Origin: a virus
DNA: 64,000 nucleotides
Strand: one strand, 5' to 3'
IMG/VR virus record: IMGVR_UViG_3300031772_000013
Coordinates: 1-64,000 of that record
Numbering within the stretch: the first letter of the stretch is position 1; each line of letters opens with the position of its first letter. Of this stretch, positions 47,965 through 56,418 are shown in pieces. The notes under the pieces were generated by a model. It was not told the DNA's origin and made no database searches. It saw nothing but the letters and a program-made list of their open reading frames with translations. Both the position numbers and the translations under genes were made by a program.

Positions 47965-48948
47965 ATGAGCTACGACGCAAAGATTCTCGCAGATTCGATC
48001 TCGCCAGCGGGGCACCGAGTGACCACGATGCAGGTCACGTTCCCCAGGCTGATTTTGGCGGAGTTCAATACGCACCGCGTACTCTCGCGCAACAGCGCGT
48101 CGAGTCGCGCGATCCCGGTCGAACGGCGCATCGAGCAGATCAGGGAGAACCCGTTCGTGCCGGAGGCGTTCGGCAAGAACCAGAGAGGGATGCAGGCGAG
48201 CGAGGCGCTCGACGATGAGGCGAATCTGCTCGCTAGGACTCACTGGCTCAATGCTGCGGAGGACGCGCGTGAGCACGCCGGGTACCTAGCAGCCATCGGC
48301 GTGCACAAGCAGCACGCGAACCGCGTCATCGAAACCTACGCCTGGCACACCGTCATCGTGACCTCGACTGAGTGGGCCAACTGGGACGCGCTCCGCGTCA
48401 GCAAGATGGCGCAGCCGGAGATGTTCAAGATCGCCAGCATGATGCGCGAGGTGCGGCAGGCGAGCAAGCCCCTCGCGGTGAACTACGGTGACTGGCACCT
48501 GCCGCTCGTGCGGGGAGTGCTCGGGGCCGTCAACGCAGAGGAGCAGGCTTTGCGTGCCAGCACCGTCACGGCGTTGATGGGATACAGCCCCAGATCGGGC
48601 GTAAACGCAGAGGAGCAGGCTTTGCGTGCCAGCGGCTTCGATCCAGTCAAGGTCTGTGTCGGCCGCTGCGCGTCGGTGAGCTACGAGCGCCACGACGCGA
48701 CGACGCCCGAGAAGGCGAGTGCGATCTGCGACAAGCTCCGCGCCGACGGGCACATGTCACCGTTTGAGCACGCGCTCCGGCCCATGACGAACCACGAACT
48801 GAAGCTCTTCATGCAGGAAGACCTTCAGTGGAGCGGGCGCGAATGGGTGCTCGGGTCACAGCAGATTCGACACTTTCTCGGCAACGTCGAGGGGTGGGTC
48901 CAATTTCGGAAGCTCCTGCCCGGCGAAGCCGTGTACTGCGGGGAATGA
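47965..48948 (+). CDS. thyX: FAD-dependent thymidylate synthase (phage type)
   Basis: EFNTHR..SRN..SSRAIP, HKQ..NR, AQPE, H.SP.EH. Confidence 0.88.
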   Translation: MSYDAKILADSISPAGHRVTTMQVTFPRLILAEFNTHRVLSRNSASSRAIPVERRIEQIRENPFVPEAFGKNQRGMQASEALDDEANLLARTHWLNAAEDAREHAGYLAAIGVHKQHANRVIETYAWHTVIVTSTEWANWDALRVSKMAQPEMFKIASMMREVRQASKPLAVNYGDWHLPLVRGVLGAVNAEEQALRASTVTALMGYSPRSGVNAEEQALRASGFDPVKVCVGRCASVSYERHDATTPEKASAICDKLRADGHMSPFEHALRPMTNHELKLFMQEDLQWSGREWVLGSQQIRHFLGNVEGWVQFRKLLPGEAVYCGE

Positions 48949-49424
48949 CGATGATCATCCGCCTCCTCCACGCCCTCTCAAGCCTCCTGCGCCGCCGCGA
49001 CATCATGCGCGAGGACGGGCAGCTCTACCTCTCCAGGTTCCGGATTTACGGCTGGATGCCGGGCGACACCAAGAGCTATCCGTTCTCGATCTACCTGCAC
49101 CACTTCCACACGCCCGACTACGATCCGGCGCCGCACAACCACCCGTGGGAATGGGCGCGCTCGCTCATTCTCACCGGAGGGTACGTCGAGCGCAGGCTCG
49201 AACCGCTCACCGGCCTCGACGCCTCTTTCGAGGTGCACCCGCTGACCGTCAATCGGATCTCGGATGACACGTTCCACGTCGTGGAGGAGCTTCTCGGCAC
49301 CGAAACATGGACGCTGTTCATCGTCGGGAAGAAGACGAGCACCTGGGGCTTCTGGGTCCCAGGGCGGGGCTACGTGGCCTGGCGCGATCGATTGCGCGAG
49401 CGCGGGCTCACGCCGGAGTATTGA
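48945..49424 (+). CDS. cupin-fold (double-stranded beta-helix) protein
   Basis: LH...D....H.HPW...S.IL.GGY.E...FH.V...WTLF. Confidence 0.7.
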   Translation: MTMIIRLLHALSSLLRRRDIMREDGQLYLSRFRIYGWMPGDTKSYPFSIYLHHFHTPDYDPAPHNHPWEWARSLILTGGYVERRLEPLTGLDASFEVHPLTVNRISDDTFHVVEELLGTETWTLFIVGKKTSTWGFWVPGRGYVAWRDRLRERGLTPEY

Positions 49425-49654
49425 ATGGAACCCAAAGAAGTGACTGAGGCCAGAGCCGTCATCCGAGACTGGGAAGAGCTCGGCGTCTGCCCGAGCGTGC
49501 AACAAACAAGGGTGTCGTGCACCTGGACCTGCTTTACGTGCGGGCGTTCGCGCCCTGCGACCGTCGGCTCGACCAGCGACAGCGACTACGGGCAGAGCCG
49601 TGTGATGGGGGATGCGCCGAACGGCGTGCAATGCGCGATGAAGAAAGAGAAAAC

Positions 49655-50944
49655 GTGAGTGAAGCCTTCTACAACGAGAACGAACCGTACGCGGCCCAGT
49701 GGCTCGAAAACCTTGAGCGCGAAGGGCACATCGCCCCGGGCAAAGTCGACGCGCGGAGCATCGTCGACATCAAGCCGAAAGACCTCGAAGGCTTCCAGCA
49801 AGCGCACTTCTTCGCCGGCCTTGGCGGCTGGTCCCACGCGCTCCGGCTCGCGGGGTGGCCAGACGACGAAGAAGTCTGGACAGGGTCGTGCCCTTGTCAA
49901 CCCTTCTCGACGGCAGGGCGTCGCAAAGGCTTTGCCGACGAGCGCCATCTCTGGCCGGAGTGGTTCCGACTCATCCGCAAGTGCCGTCCTAGGGTTGTCT
50001 TTGGCGAGCAAATTGCGGGAACTGACGGCCTCCGGTGGCTCGACCTTGTTTTCGCTGACATGGAAGGTGCGGGTTACGCCTGCTGGGCGACGGATACCTG
50101 CGCTGCGGGGGTCGGGGCGCCGCATCTCCGACAGCGGTTGTACTTCGTGGCCTACGCCAGTAGCGAGCGACTCCGGCGGCCCGACGTGCCACAACCGCAC
50201 CTGGAGCAAGACTCAATGCAATCTGCACAACGTGGTCCTGGGCCGGGGCAAACAGATGGACGGGCGCGTGTTCGAGACGTCGTCAGCGGCTCTTTCGGGC
50301 TGGCCGACTCCGGTGAGCAACGACGCAACCGGATCGACTCACCAGTACAGCCGGGGGGATCACACCAAGCCGATCCTGAAGCTGACGGGCACAGCACGGC
50401 TCGCGAGTTGGGCAACGCCCGCAGCCAAGGAGGCGGGGGGCACGCCGGAGCAGTTCCTCGAACGGAAGCGAAAAGCAAACGCGAAGGGCGCATCGCTCGG
50501 GGTGTCGCTCACGAGCCTGAGTCTGCAAGCGACGCTCTCGAGTTGGGCGACGCCAGCGGCGCGCGATCACCGGTCGGACCGGGGCCAGAAGAGCGATTCG
50601 GAGCAGTACGGTACGAAGGGCCGTCCCCTGCCGAGACAGGCGCTACTCGTGGATTCTGGCGCGACGCCGAGTGGTGGGTCTGCCGCGACGGGAAAGCTCG
50701 CCCAACTGAATCCTCGGCACAGTGGATGGCTGATGGGTTATCCGCGCGCCTGGGACGAGTGCGCTCCGATGCCGACGCTGCGTTCGCGCAAAGGCTAGCC
50801 GACGCGGGATCGTTTCCACTTGCTCTCGACGCGCCTGCCCGGGTCGGCCGCCTCAAAGCCTACGGTAACGCCATCGTCCCGCAGCAAGCCGCCCTCTTCA
50901 TCCGGGCGGTAATGCCGCTGATCGGGCTGAAACCTGCGGGCTAG
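49655..50944 (+). CDS. C5 cytosine DNA methyltransferase (main frame)
   Basis: FFAG.GG (I), SCPCQPFS (IV), EQI.G (VI), H.R.R (VIII), YGNAI (X). Confidence 0.9.
   Translation: MSEAFYNENEPYAAQWLENLEREGHIAPGKVDARSIVDIKPKDLEGFQQAHFFAGLGGWSHALRLAGWPDDEEVWTGSCPCQPFSTAGRRKGFADERHLWPEWFRLIRKCRPRVVFGEQIAGTDGLRWLDLVFADMEGAGYACWATDTCAAGVGAPHLRQRLYFVAYASSERLRRPDVPQPHLEQDSMQSAQRGPGPGQTDGRARVRDVVSGSFGLADSGEQRRNRIDSPVQPGGSHQADPEADGHSTARELGNARSQGGGGHAGAVPRTEAKSKREGRIARGVAHEPESASDALELGDASGARSPVGPGPEERFGAVRYEGPSPAETGATRGFWRDAEWWVCRDGKARPTESSAQWMADGLSARLGRVRSDADAAFAQRLADAGSFPLALDAPARVGRLKAYGNAIVPQQAALFIRAVMPLIGLKPAG
49659..50798 (+). CDS. overlapping +1-frame ORF with W(P/A)TP repeats and MTase motif IX-like end
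   Basis: four W(P/A)TP units then LNPRHSGWLMGYP. Confidence 0.7.
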   Translation: MKPSTTRTNRTRPSGSKTLSAKGTSPRAKSTRGASSTSSRKTSKASSKRTSSPALAAGPTRSGSRGGQTTKKSGQGRALVNPSRRQGVAKALPTSAISGRSGSDSSASAVLGLSLASKLRELTASGGSTLFSLTWKVRVTPAGRRIPALRGSGRRISDSGCTSWPTPVASDSGGPTCHNRTWSKTQCNLHNVVLGRGKQMDGRVFETSSAALSGWPTPVSNDATGSTHQYSRGDHTKPILKLTGTARLASWATPAAKEAGGTPEQFLERKRKANAKGASLGVSLTSLSLQATLSSWATPAARDHRSDRGQKSDSEQYGTKGRPLPRQALLVDSGATPSGGSAATGKLAQLNPRHSGWLMGYPRAWDECAPMPTLRSRKG

Positions 50945-50982
50945 CGCACGGGGCCGCTTCGGGGGTACCCTTTGGGGCCGGC

Positions 50983-52701
50983 ATGAAGAAGAGCCTACCG
51001 ATCAAGCGTGCCGTTTTCTGGCTCGACGGCGGCGCGCGCGTGCCCGGGTGGTCGACCGGCAAGACGTGGAACGGTTGGGGCGTGCCGCTGTTCGATGAGA
51101 GCCAGATCGAAGCGGCGAGAGCCGCGCTCCGAGCCGCTGGCATAGAGAGCGAGTTGCACAGCGGCGACATCTTGGAGCTCTGGCCCGTCGAGGAGCCCGA
51201 TCTGATCACTGAGCACCAGGCGATTCGACTCAAGGGGAAAACCTACTACTGGCAACTCGACGGCCTCACCTGGAACGAAGAGAGCTCGGGCGGGCGCCGC
51301 GCCGATGAGGCTAGCGCAGACGTCTGGGGCCACGCTCCATTGCCTGAGTCGATGTTAAGGGATGTGGCGCGCGATCTTCGTCGCTTGAACAATATGACGT
51401 CCTCGGCGGCGTTTCGTGAAGGCACTAAACTTCGCGTCTATCTTCAGCTCGCGGACGACGGGACTTGGGGGATCGGAGACCGCGAACCCACGTCCGGCCG
51501 ATGGGGCTCGGCGGCCATACCTGGAAACAACCGCCGATTCAACGCCACCGCCGTTGCGCGCGATCTTCTCGCGCAGGTCGAACGAGATAGCCATGCCGAG
51601 GAGAGACACATGCGCGAAGACAACAAGAAAGGCCCTTTTTTCGTGACGCTCTCGGCAGCGCCGAATCGTGACTTCGGACCAGGGAGCCACGAGGCGTCAG
51701 TCAGAATCCCTCCTCGGAAGCAGAAAGTGGTGAGCCTCGCCTACGCTTCGAAGGTCGTGCAGCGCTTCATCGCAGAACATGATCTAGGCAGCGGCAACTG
51801 GACAGGCGGACTCATCACTGATGCTTCGGGGAAGGCGATCGGCCGTGTCGCCTACAACGGGCGCATCTTCGATCTCGATGACAAGATCATGTGGGACAAC
51901 CAGACCTCTCCGGGCGTGCGCGAAGACCGGTTCGAGATCCCGGGCTGGATCGCCGCAGTGGGGTGGAGTGGAGTCGAGTGGGTTGTGTACGGTATCGGAG
52001 AAGACGAAGACGAAGCTGCTGCCGACGCCAGAAATTGGACGGAGACGCCGTGGCTTACGTTCTTGCCGATTTCCAAAGATCAGATCGCGGCCATGGGTGA
52101 CCACAAAGAGGAGAACCGATGCGCCGCAATCGGTCTCGATGTCGGCAACGCCAGCCGTACGGCTCCGCGACATTTGCGCGCCGAAGAACATCGCGTGCGC
52201 GAAAGCCGGTTCGAGATCCCCGGCTGGAGCGTCGGGTACCACTCCGAGATCAGCGCTCACGCCGCAGTTCGAACGGGCAGGGGGCGCGACTGGCTCTTTG
52301 TCATGACGACGCCCGAGGACCGAGAGCCGCGGAGCCTCGACGAAGAGGTGACGGTCGGGCTCTACTTCTTCGACGGAGACGACTGGGAGCAGATCGCGTA
52401 CGTCGACTTCCCCGACGTCCGTTCGGTGATCAAACTGGGCGACGCAGAACTCCACCTCGTCATCGAGCACGGACTGTCGCTGGATCAATCCCGCGAGCTA
52501 CTCGTCCAGGAGTTCGACGACTGGGACGGCGAAGACACGCTCACGTCGTGGATGCAGACGATCCTCAAGGATGCTGGCGTAGAGCCGGAGGAGGCGGGCG
52601 CAGATGCCGCCACGCACGAGGCTACCGAGCAAATCTACAACGCCTCTCCAGCGCAGATCCTCGAGTACATGGACGAGCGATCGAAAGCCCTCAACGAGTG
52701 A
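50983..52701 (+). CDS. polyvalent-type modular protein
   Basis: WNGW..P.F module, GNWTGG...YNGR module, linkers ADEA, MRED, VRED, VRES. Confidence 0.8.
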   Translation: MKKSLPIKRAVFWLDGGARVPGWSTGKTWNGWGVPLFDESQIEAARAALRAAGIESELHSGDILELWPVEEPDLITEHQAIRLKGKTYYWQLDGLTWNEESSGGRRADEASADVWGHAPLPESMLRDVARDLRRLNNMTSSAAFREGTKLRVYLQLADDGTWGIGDREPTSGRWGSAAIPGNNRRFNATAVARDLLAQVERDSHAEERHMREDNKKGPFFVTLSAAPNRDFGPGSHEASVRIPPRKQKVVSLAYASKVVQRFIAEHDLGSGNWTGGLITDASGKAIGRVAYNGRIFDLDDKIMWDNQTSPGVREDRFEIPGWIAAVGWSGVEWVVYGIGEDEDEAAADARNWTETPWLTFLPISKDQIAAMGDHKEENRCAAIGLDVGNASRTAPRHLRAEEHRVRESRFEIPGWSVGYHSEISAHAAVRTGRGRDWLFVMTTPEDREPRSLDEEVTVGLYFFDGDDWEQIAYVDFPDVRSVIKLGDAELHLVIEHGLSLDQSRELLVQEFDDWDGEDTLTSWMQTILKDAGVEPEEAGADAATHEATEQIYNASPAQILEYMDERSKALNE

Positions 52702-53006
52702 GCAACCCGCGCTACCTGAGCCTCTGGCTCATCGACCAGTACGTGTCCGCAGCCAGGAAGCTCGGCGTGTCGGTCGTGGCGCGAAGCTCTCGCGGCTTCA
52801 TGGCCGCGTACCGCCGAGCCGGCGGAGATCCGGACCGGCTGTCGGACGACTGGGCGAGTAAGCGCGACGCCTTCGTGGCGAGGCACATGGCGCAGGTGAA
52901 GGCGCGCGGCGAGCCGCTCTGGAAGGACGGCGTGCCAACGCGCAGACACCTGGCGCTGATCATGTGGGCGTACTCGCCGAGCCCGGCGCGTCTTGCTAAA
53001 CTGTAA
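52698..53006 (+). CDS. hypothetical protein (PTRRHLALIMWAYSP)
   Basis: GTGA-coupled. Confidence 0.7.
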   Translation: MSNPRYLSLWLIDQYVSAARKLGVSVVARSSRGFMAAYRRAGGDPDRLSDDWASKRDAFVARHMAQVKARGEPLWKDGVPTRRHLALIMWAYSPSPARLAKL

Positions 53007-53011
53007 TTGAC

Positions 53012-54091
53012 ATGCGCCTCCGTGATCATGCGCTCCGTGACCCACCGGTTCACACGACGCCAGATGAAGTGATCCGGACGGACGTCTACGTGCCACAGGT
53101 GGGTGACCGCCACGAGATCACGGCGCCCTCGATGCACCCATTCGATGCTGTCGTTACCGGCGTGAACGGATCGAAGGCCGCAGTTGCTCGCGCCGATCCC
53201 GGTGGAGAGCCGAGCGCCTACGGCGTGACAATGCCAGCGGCGTCGGTAGCTCACTTCGTCAATGATCTACGTGGGCACGTCTACAGCCAGTACGCTTCCG
53301 GCGATCCGGTCATCGACGCTGTCACACAAGGTGACGCCGAATTTCTCGGCAAGGGCGACGACGGGCTCGTCTTCCGCGTCGACACCTCAGAAGGCGAGGT
53401 CGCCGTGAAGGTGTCGACAACCGTACCATTCCAGCCGTTCAACCCGAATCACCTGACTCCGCGCGAAGCCGCCAACAGGCTCTCGGAGCAGCAGGCCGCA
53501 AGTGAGTCGATGCTAGCCGACGGGGTCCCGGGTATCCTTCCCTCGACTTTCGTCATGCACAGTGACAAAGGCTTCATGGTCAAGCCGTACGTCGAGATCC
53601 CAGATCACCTGACGCGCGCTCAGCTCGACGAGGCAGCAGCCTCGGTCGAGGCCGCACACAGAGCTGGCTGGGCGTTTCACGATTCTCTACAGGTTGGTCT
53701 ATGGGATGGCCACGTCTATCATTTCGATACCGGCAAGGTTGAGCACGTCGGCGTCGGCAAACGCACCGACCCCGACGATTGGCACTCCGATGCGCATAGC
53801 GATGTGCAGAGTCTTAAGCGTCTGTTCTCTGACAACGGCGAGCGCTACTTGACCAAAGCCGAGCAGCAAAACCCGATCAAGGAGTTCGAGGAGTTGTATG
53901 GCTTGGATGTTCGGAGGCTGGATCTCGAACAACGCAAGAAGTACCGAGGGCTCGTTCTGCGACTTGCTCACAAGATCAAGCTGTTCCTGATAAACCATCC
54001 CGGCGAGGACCATGGCCTGTGGTCAGAAATACCCGAGTACGCCCGCGATGAGGCTCGTGATATGATGAACCGACTCAAGGATCCAACATGA
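53012..54091 (+). CDS. protein-kinase-like fold protein
   Basis: LGKGDDGLV, VAVK, HD, FDTG. Confidence 0.65.
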   Translation: MRLRDHALRDPPVHTTPDEVIRTDVYVPQVGDRHEITAPSMHPFDAVVTGVNGSKAAVARADPGGEPSAYGVTMPAASVAHFVNDLRGHVYSQYASGDPVIDAVTQGDAEFLGKGDDGLVFRVDTSEGEVAVKVSTTVPFQPFNPNHLTPREAANRLSEQQAASESMLADGVPGILPSTFVMHSDKGFMVKPYVEIPDHLTRAQLDEAAASVEAAHRAGWAFHDSLQVGLWDGHVYHFDTGKVEHVGVGKRTDPDDWHSDAHSDVQSLKRLFSDNGERYLTKAEQQNPIKEFEELYGLDVRRLDLEQRKKYRGLVLRLAHKIKLFLINHPGEDHGLWSEIPEYARDEARDMMNRLKDPT

Positions 54092-54375
54092 AGCCTCTCA
54101 CAATCCCAACTGTTCACCTGGGCGGCACCTCGGCTCAGAACCTCATTGATCCGCTTCTGACCGCCACGAAAGCCTTGCGGGCTGCCATGCGTGCCCTCGA
54201 TGCGACGGAGCCCAATTCTCGCGACTACTACCTGCAAGGAGCAGACGCTTTTCAGCAAGCCGTGCGCGAACAAGATGCGCGGGGACGCAAGCTTCGCGAG
54301 GTCTCCGATGAGCTATACGAGATCGTAGAAGCGGTGCAGGAGCAGGCCGACGCGCGGGTGCGGCAGAGGCGTTAG
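54088..54375 (+). CDS. hypothetical protein
   Basis: ATGA-coupled. Confidence 0.7.
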   Translation: MKPLTIPTVHLGGTSAQNLIDPLLTATKALRAAMRALDATEPNSRDYYLQGADAFQQAVREQDARGRKLREVSDELYEIVEAVQEQADARVRQRR

Positions 54376-54426
54376 TTAGCCTTCTCCTTGCGCGCGGCCT
54401 GCGGGCGGGGCATCATCGAACTTCAC

Positions 54427-54768
54427 GGGGCCGATCGGTTTCGACGCTGGAAAGGAGAACCGTCTCGCGTGCAAGAGCGCCCATCTCTTCAAGGGGCATC
54501 TGCTAGTTGCCAACGACAACAGCATCGCTCTGCCCGTCCAGAAGGCGGCCTGAGCCGTCGGGCTAGGAAGATCGTCCTGGTACCAAGTCCGGCGCAATCA
54601 CTAGGGCTGGCTCATCGAGAAGCCTCGAGTAGATGAGCGAGGATCACACGAGAAGTAGGGCGCGGCCGAATCCGCGAACTCAGCCGGCGGGGACACGCCG
54701 GCTACGCACGTGAACGAGAGACGCTTCAACTTCTAACGGACCGGGGTTCGATTCCCCGCGGCTCCACC
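54427..54768 (+). ncRNA. ssrA: tmRNA (transfer-messenger RNA)
   Basis: 5' GGGGCCG..GGTTTCGAC; 3' GGGGTTCGATTCCCC-G-CGGCTCC-ACC; G3:U acceptor pair; tag ORF 54509-54553 ANDNSIALPVQKAA*. Confidence 0.95.
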
Positions 54769-54824
54769 GGCCCCCCTCCCGGGGTCGTGGTGGAGGCAGA
54801 AGGGAATCACCGCCCTTCGCCCCA

Positions 54825-54860
54825 GAAACGGCTCGGCAACCCCGGGCCGTTTCGTTTTCT
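54825..54860 (+). terminator. intrinsic terminator after the tmRNA
   Basis: GAAACGGCTCGG...CCGGGCCGTTTC then GTTTTCT. Confidence 0.7.
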
Positions 54861-55173
54861 ACGTGGCGGGCTTCGAGGATCCACACCGCGGAGACGCTCC
54901 AGCGGCGAACGCCGCGCGGATCACCTGCGTCGTGTCCGCGCCATGTGCCTTCACCAACGCTAGCTTTGCCTCGGGGTAGGTAACGGGGATCAGTCCCTTG
55001 GACGAGTACCAGAGCAGGTTGATCGGCCACTCGCGCGCAAACTGTTCGGTGGTGCTTTCCTGCCATCCGTCGGGCAACACCCACGTGTCCGAGCCGGCCG
55101 AGAGCATGAAGAAGTGGTCGAGGGTGCAGGGCGAGTGCGTTTTCACTTCCTCCAGCGTCATTGTGAAACGCAT
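54859..55173 (-). CDS. hypothetical protein
   Basis: 104-aa ORF. Confidence 0.6.
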   Translation of the reverse strand: MRFTMTLEEVKTHSPCTLDHFFMLSAGSDTWVLPDGWQESTTEQFAREWPINLLWYSSKGLIPVTYPEAKLALVKAHGADTTQVIRAAFAAGASPRCGSSKPAT

Positions 55174-55185
55174 GGCTGCCGACTC

Positions 55186-55779
55186 TTACGGGAAGGCCCC
55201 GAGCGTGCCGGTCCCCGCCTGCGTAACGCTCGCTCCGGCAATCTCGCTTGCCTTGAGCCAGCTTCCCGGTACGGACGTGAAGCCATCCGATCCGTTGATC
55301 ACGATGAGCGGGAGGTTCGCGTTGTTGTAGGGGACCGCGATCGTTGCCTTGGTCGCCCCTACGGGGATCCGCACAGATGAAAGACTCCGATAGGTCTGGA
55401 AACCGGGTGCCATGTCCCCGCCCGCGACGCTATTCACGATCATCAGGAAGTCGGCGGGGAACACTGGAGCGGCAACGAAACTCACTGCGACCCCAAACGA
55501 GAACTCGTGATTCGCGTTCGGAACGTCAGGGTTCTGCACGTTCAAACTCACATCGACCTCAAGGAAGTTCCCTGGAGTGACGACGGGGAGCACGACCCGA
55601 AGCGGCACGGTGCCACTCGGGTTACTTGGAATCTCGGTATCGAACGGGCCGACCGTCGCCGGCAGCGTGCGCGTTTTCTCAACCTGCGCATATCCGACCT
55701 GGATGAGGCCGCCGCCGCCACCAGAGCGCTCAGGGTACGTCTCGGTCGCGTATCGTCCCTTGCCGATGACTCTGCTCAT
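55186..55779 (-). CDS. beta-rich protein, possible virion fibre/decoration protein
   Basis: short N-terminal peptide, poly-Gly hinge, V/T/P-rich body. Confidence 0.5.
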   Translation of the reverse strand: MSRVIGKGRYATETYPERSGGGGGLIQVGYAQVEKTRTLPATVGPFDTEIPSNPSGTVPLRVVLPVVTPGNFLEVDVSLNVQNPDVPNANHEFSFGVAVSFVAAPVFPADFLMIVNSVAGGDMAPGFQTYRSLSSVRIPVGATKATIAVPYNNANLPLIVINGSDGFTSVPGSWLKASEIAGASVTQAGTGTLGAFP

Positions 55780-55896
55780 GACCGAGAGTCTACCGGGGCC
55801 TCGTGGACTGCGCTAGAGAGGGCACGAATGCCCGCCCTTCGCCCCAGAAGCGGCCCGGTAACCCCGGCCGTTTCGCTTTCTGGTAGGCTACCCTCC

Positions 55897-56418
55897 ATGT
55901 CAGACGACGACTATCGGATGGAGCACCAGGCGCCTGACGCGGAGAGCGGCTCGCCACTCTACGACGTCACGCTAAACGGCACGTACCCTCGAGATTTCTA
56001 CGATCGCCCGAGCTGGTATCTTTCCGGGCACGATTCCGACTGGGAGGCGATCGGGATCATCAGGGCAAGCCTCAACAAACCGGACAGGCGGCTTTGGATC
56101 TACCGCGCAGTTCCGCGTGGCGTCCGCAACTTCAACACGGGTGACTGGGTATCCATCACCAAGAGCTACGCGCGGGACCACGGGAGGCATCCGACAGACA
56201 CGGAGCAGGACATGCCCGTACTCGCCGCGCGAGTATACGCGCACGACCTCTACACGAGCGGCGATTCGCTTCAGGAGTGGGGCTACGTGGGGCCGACGAA
56301 AGAAGGTCTGGTGGTGTTCCGTCCGCGCAAGAAGCCCAGCGAGGAGCAGATTGAAGCGAGGAACGTTGCTAGACGAAGCGCCTCTTCGAGAGCGCGTGTC
56401 GCGAGGTGGAGAGACTAG
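55897..56418 (+). CDS. ART-like polyvalent-type domain protein
   Basis: H.AP, IYRAVP, N.GDWVS...YA..H, EWGY. Confidence 0.6.
   Translation: MSDDDYRMEHQAPDAESGSPLYDVTLNGTYPRDFYDRPSWYLSGHDSDWEAIGIIRASLNKPDRRLWIYRAVPRGVRNFNTGDWVSITKSYARDHGRHPTDTEQDMPVLAARVYAHDLYTSGDSLQEWGYVGPTKEGLVVFRPRKKPSEEQIEARNVARRSASSRARVARWRD

Noticed and set aside
54738-54768. Stand-alone tRNA or attachment-site fragment
   Set aside because: It pairs with 54427-54433 and encloses a tag ORF, so it is the tmRNA 3' end; no second copy in the window.
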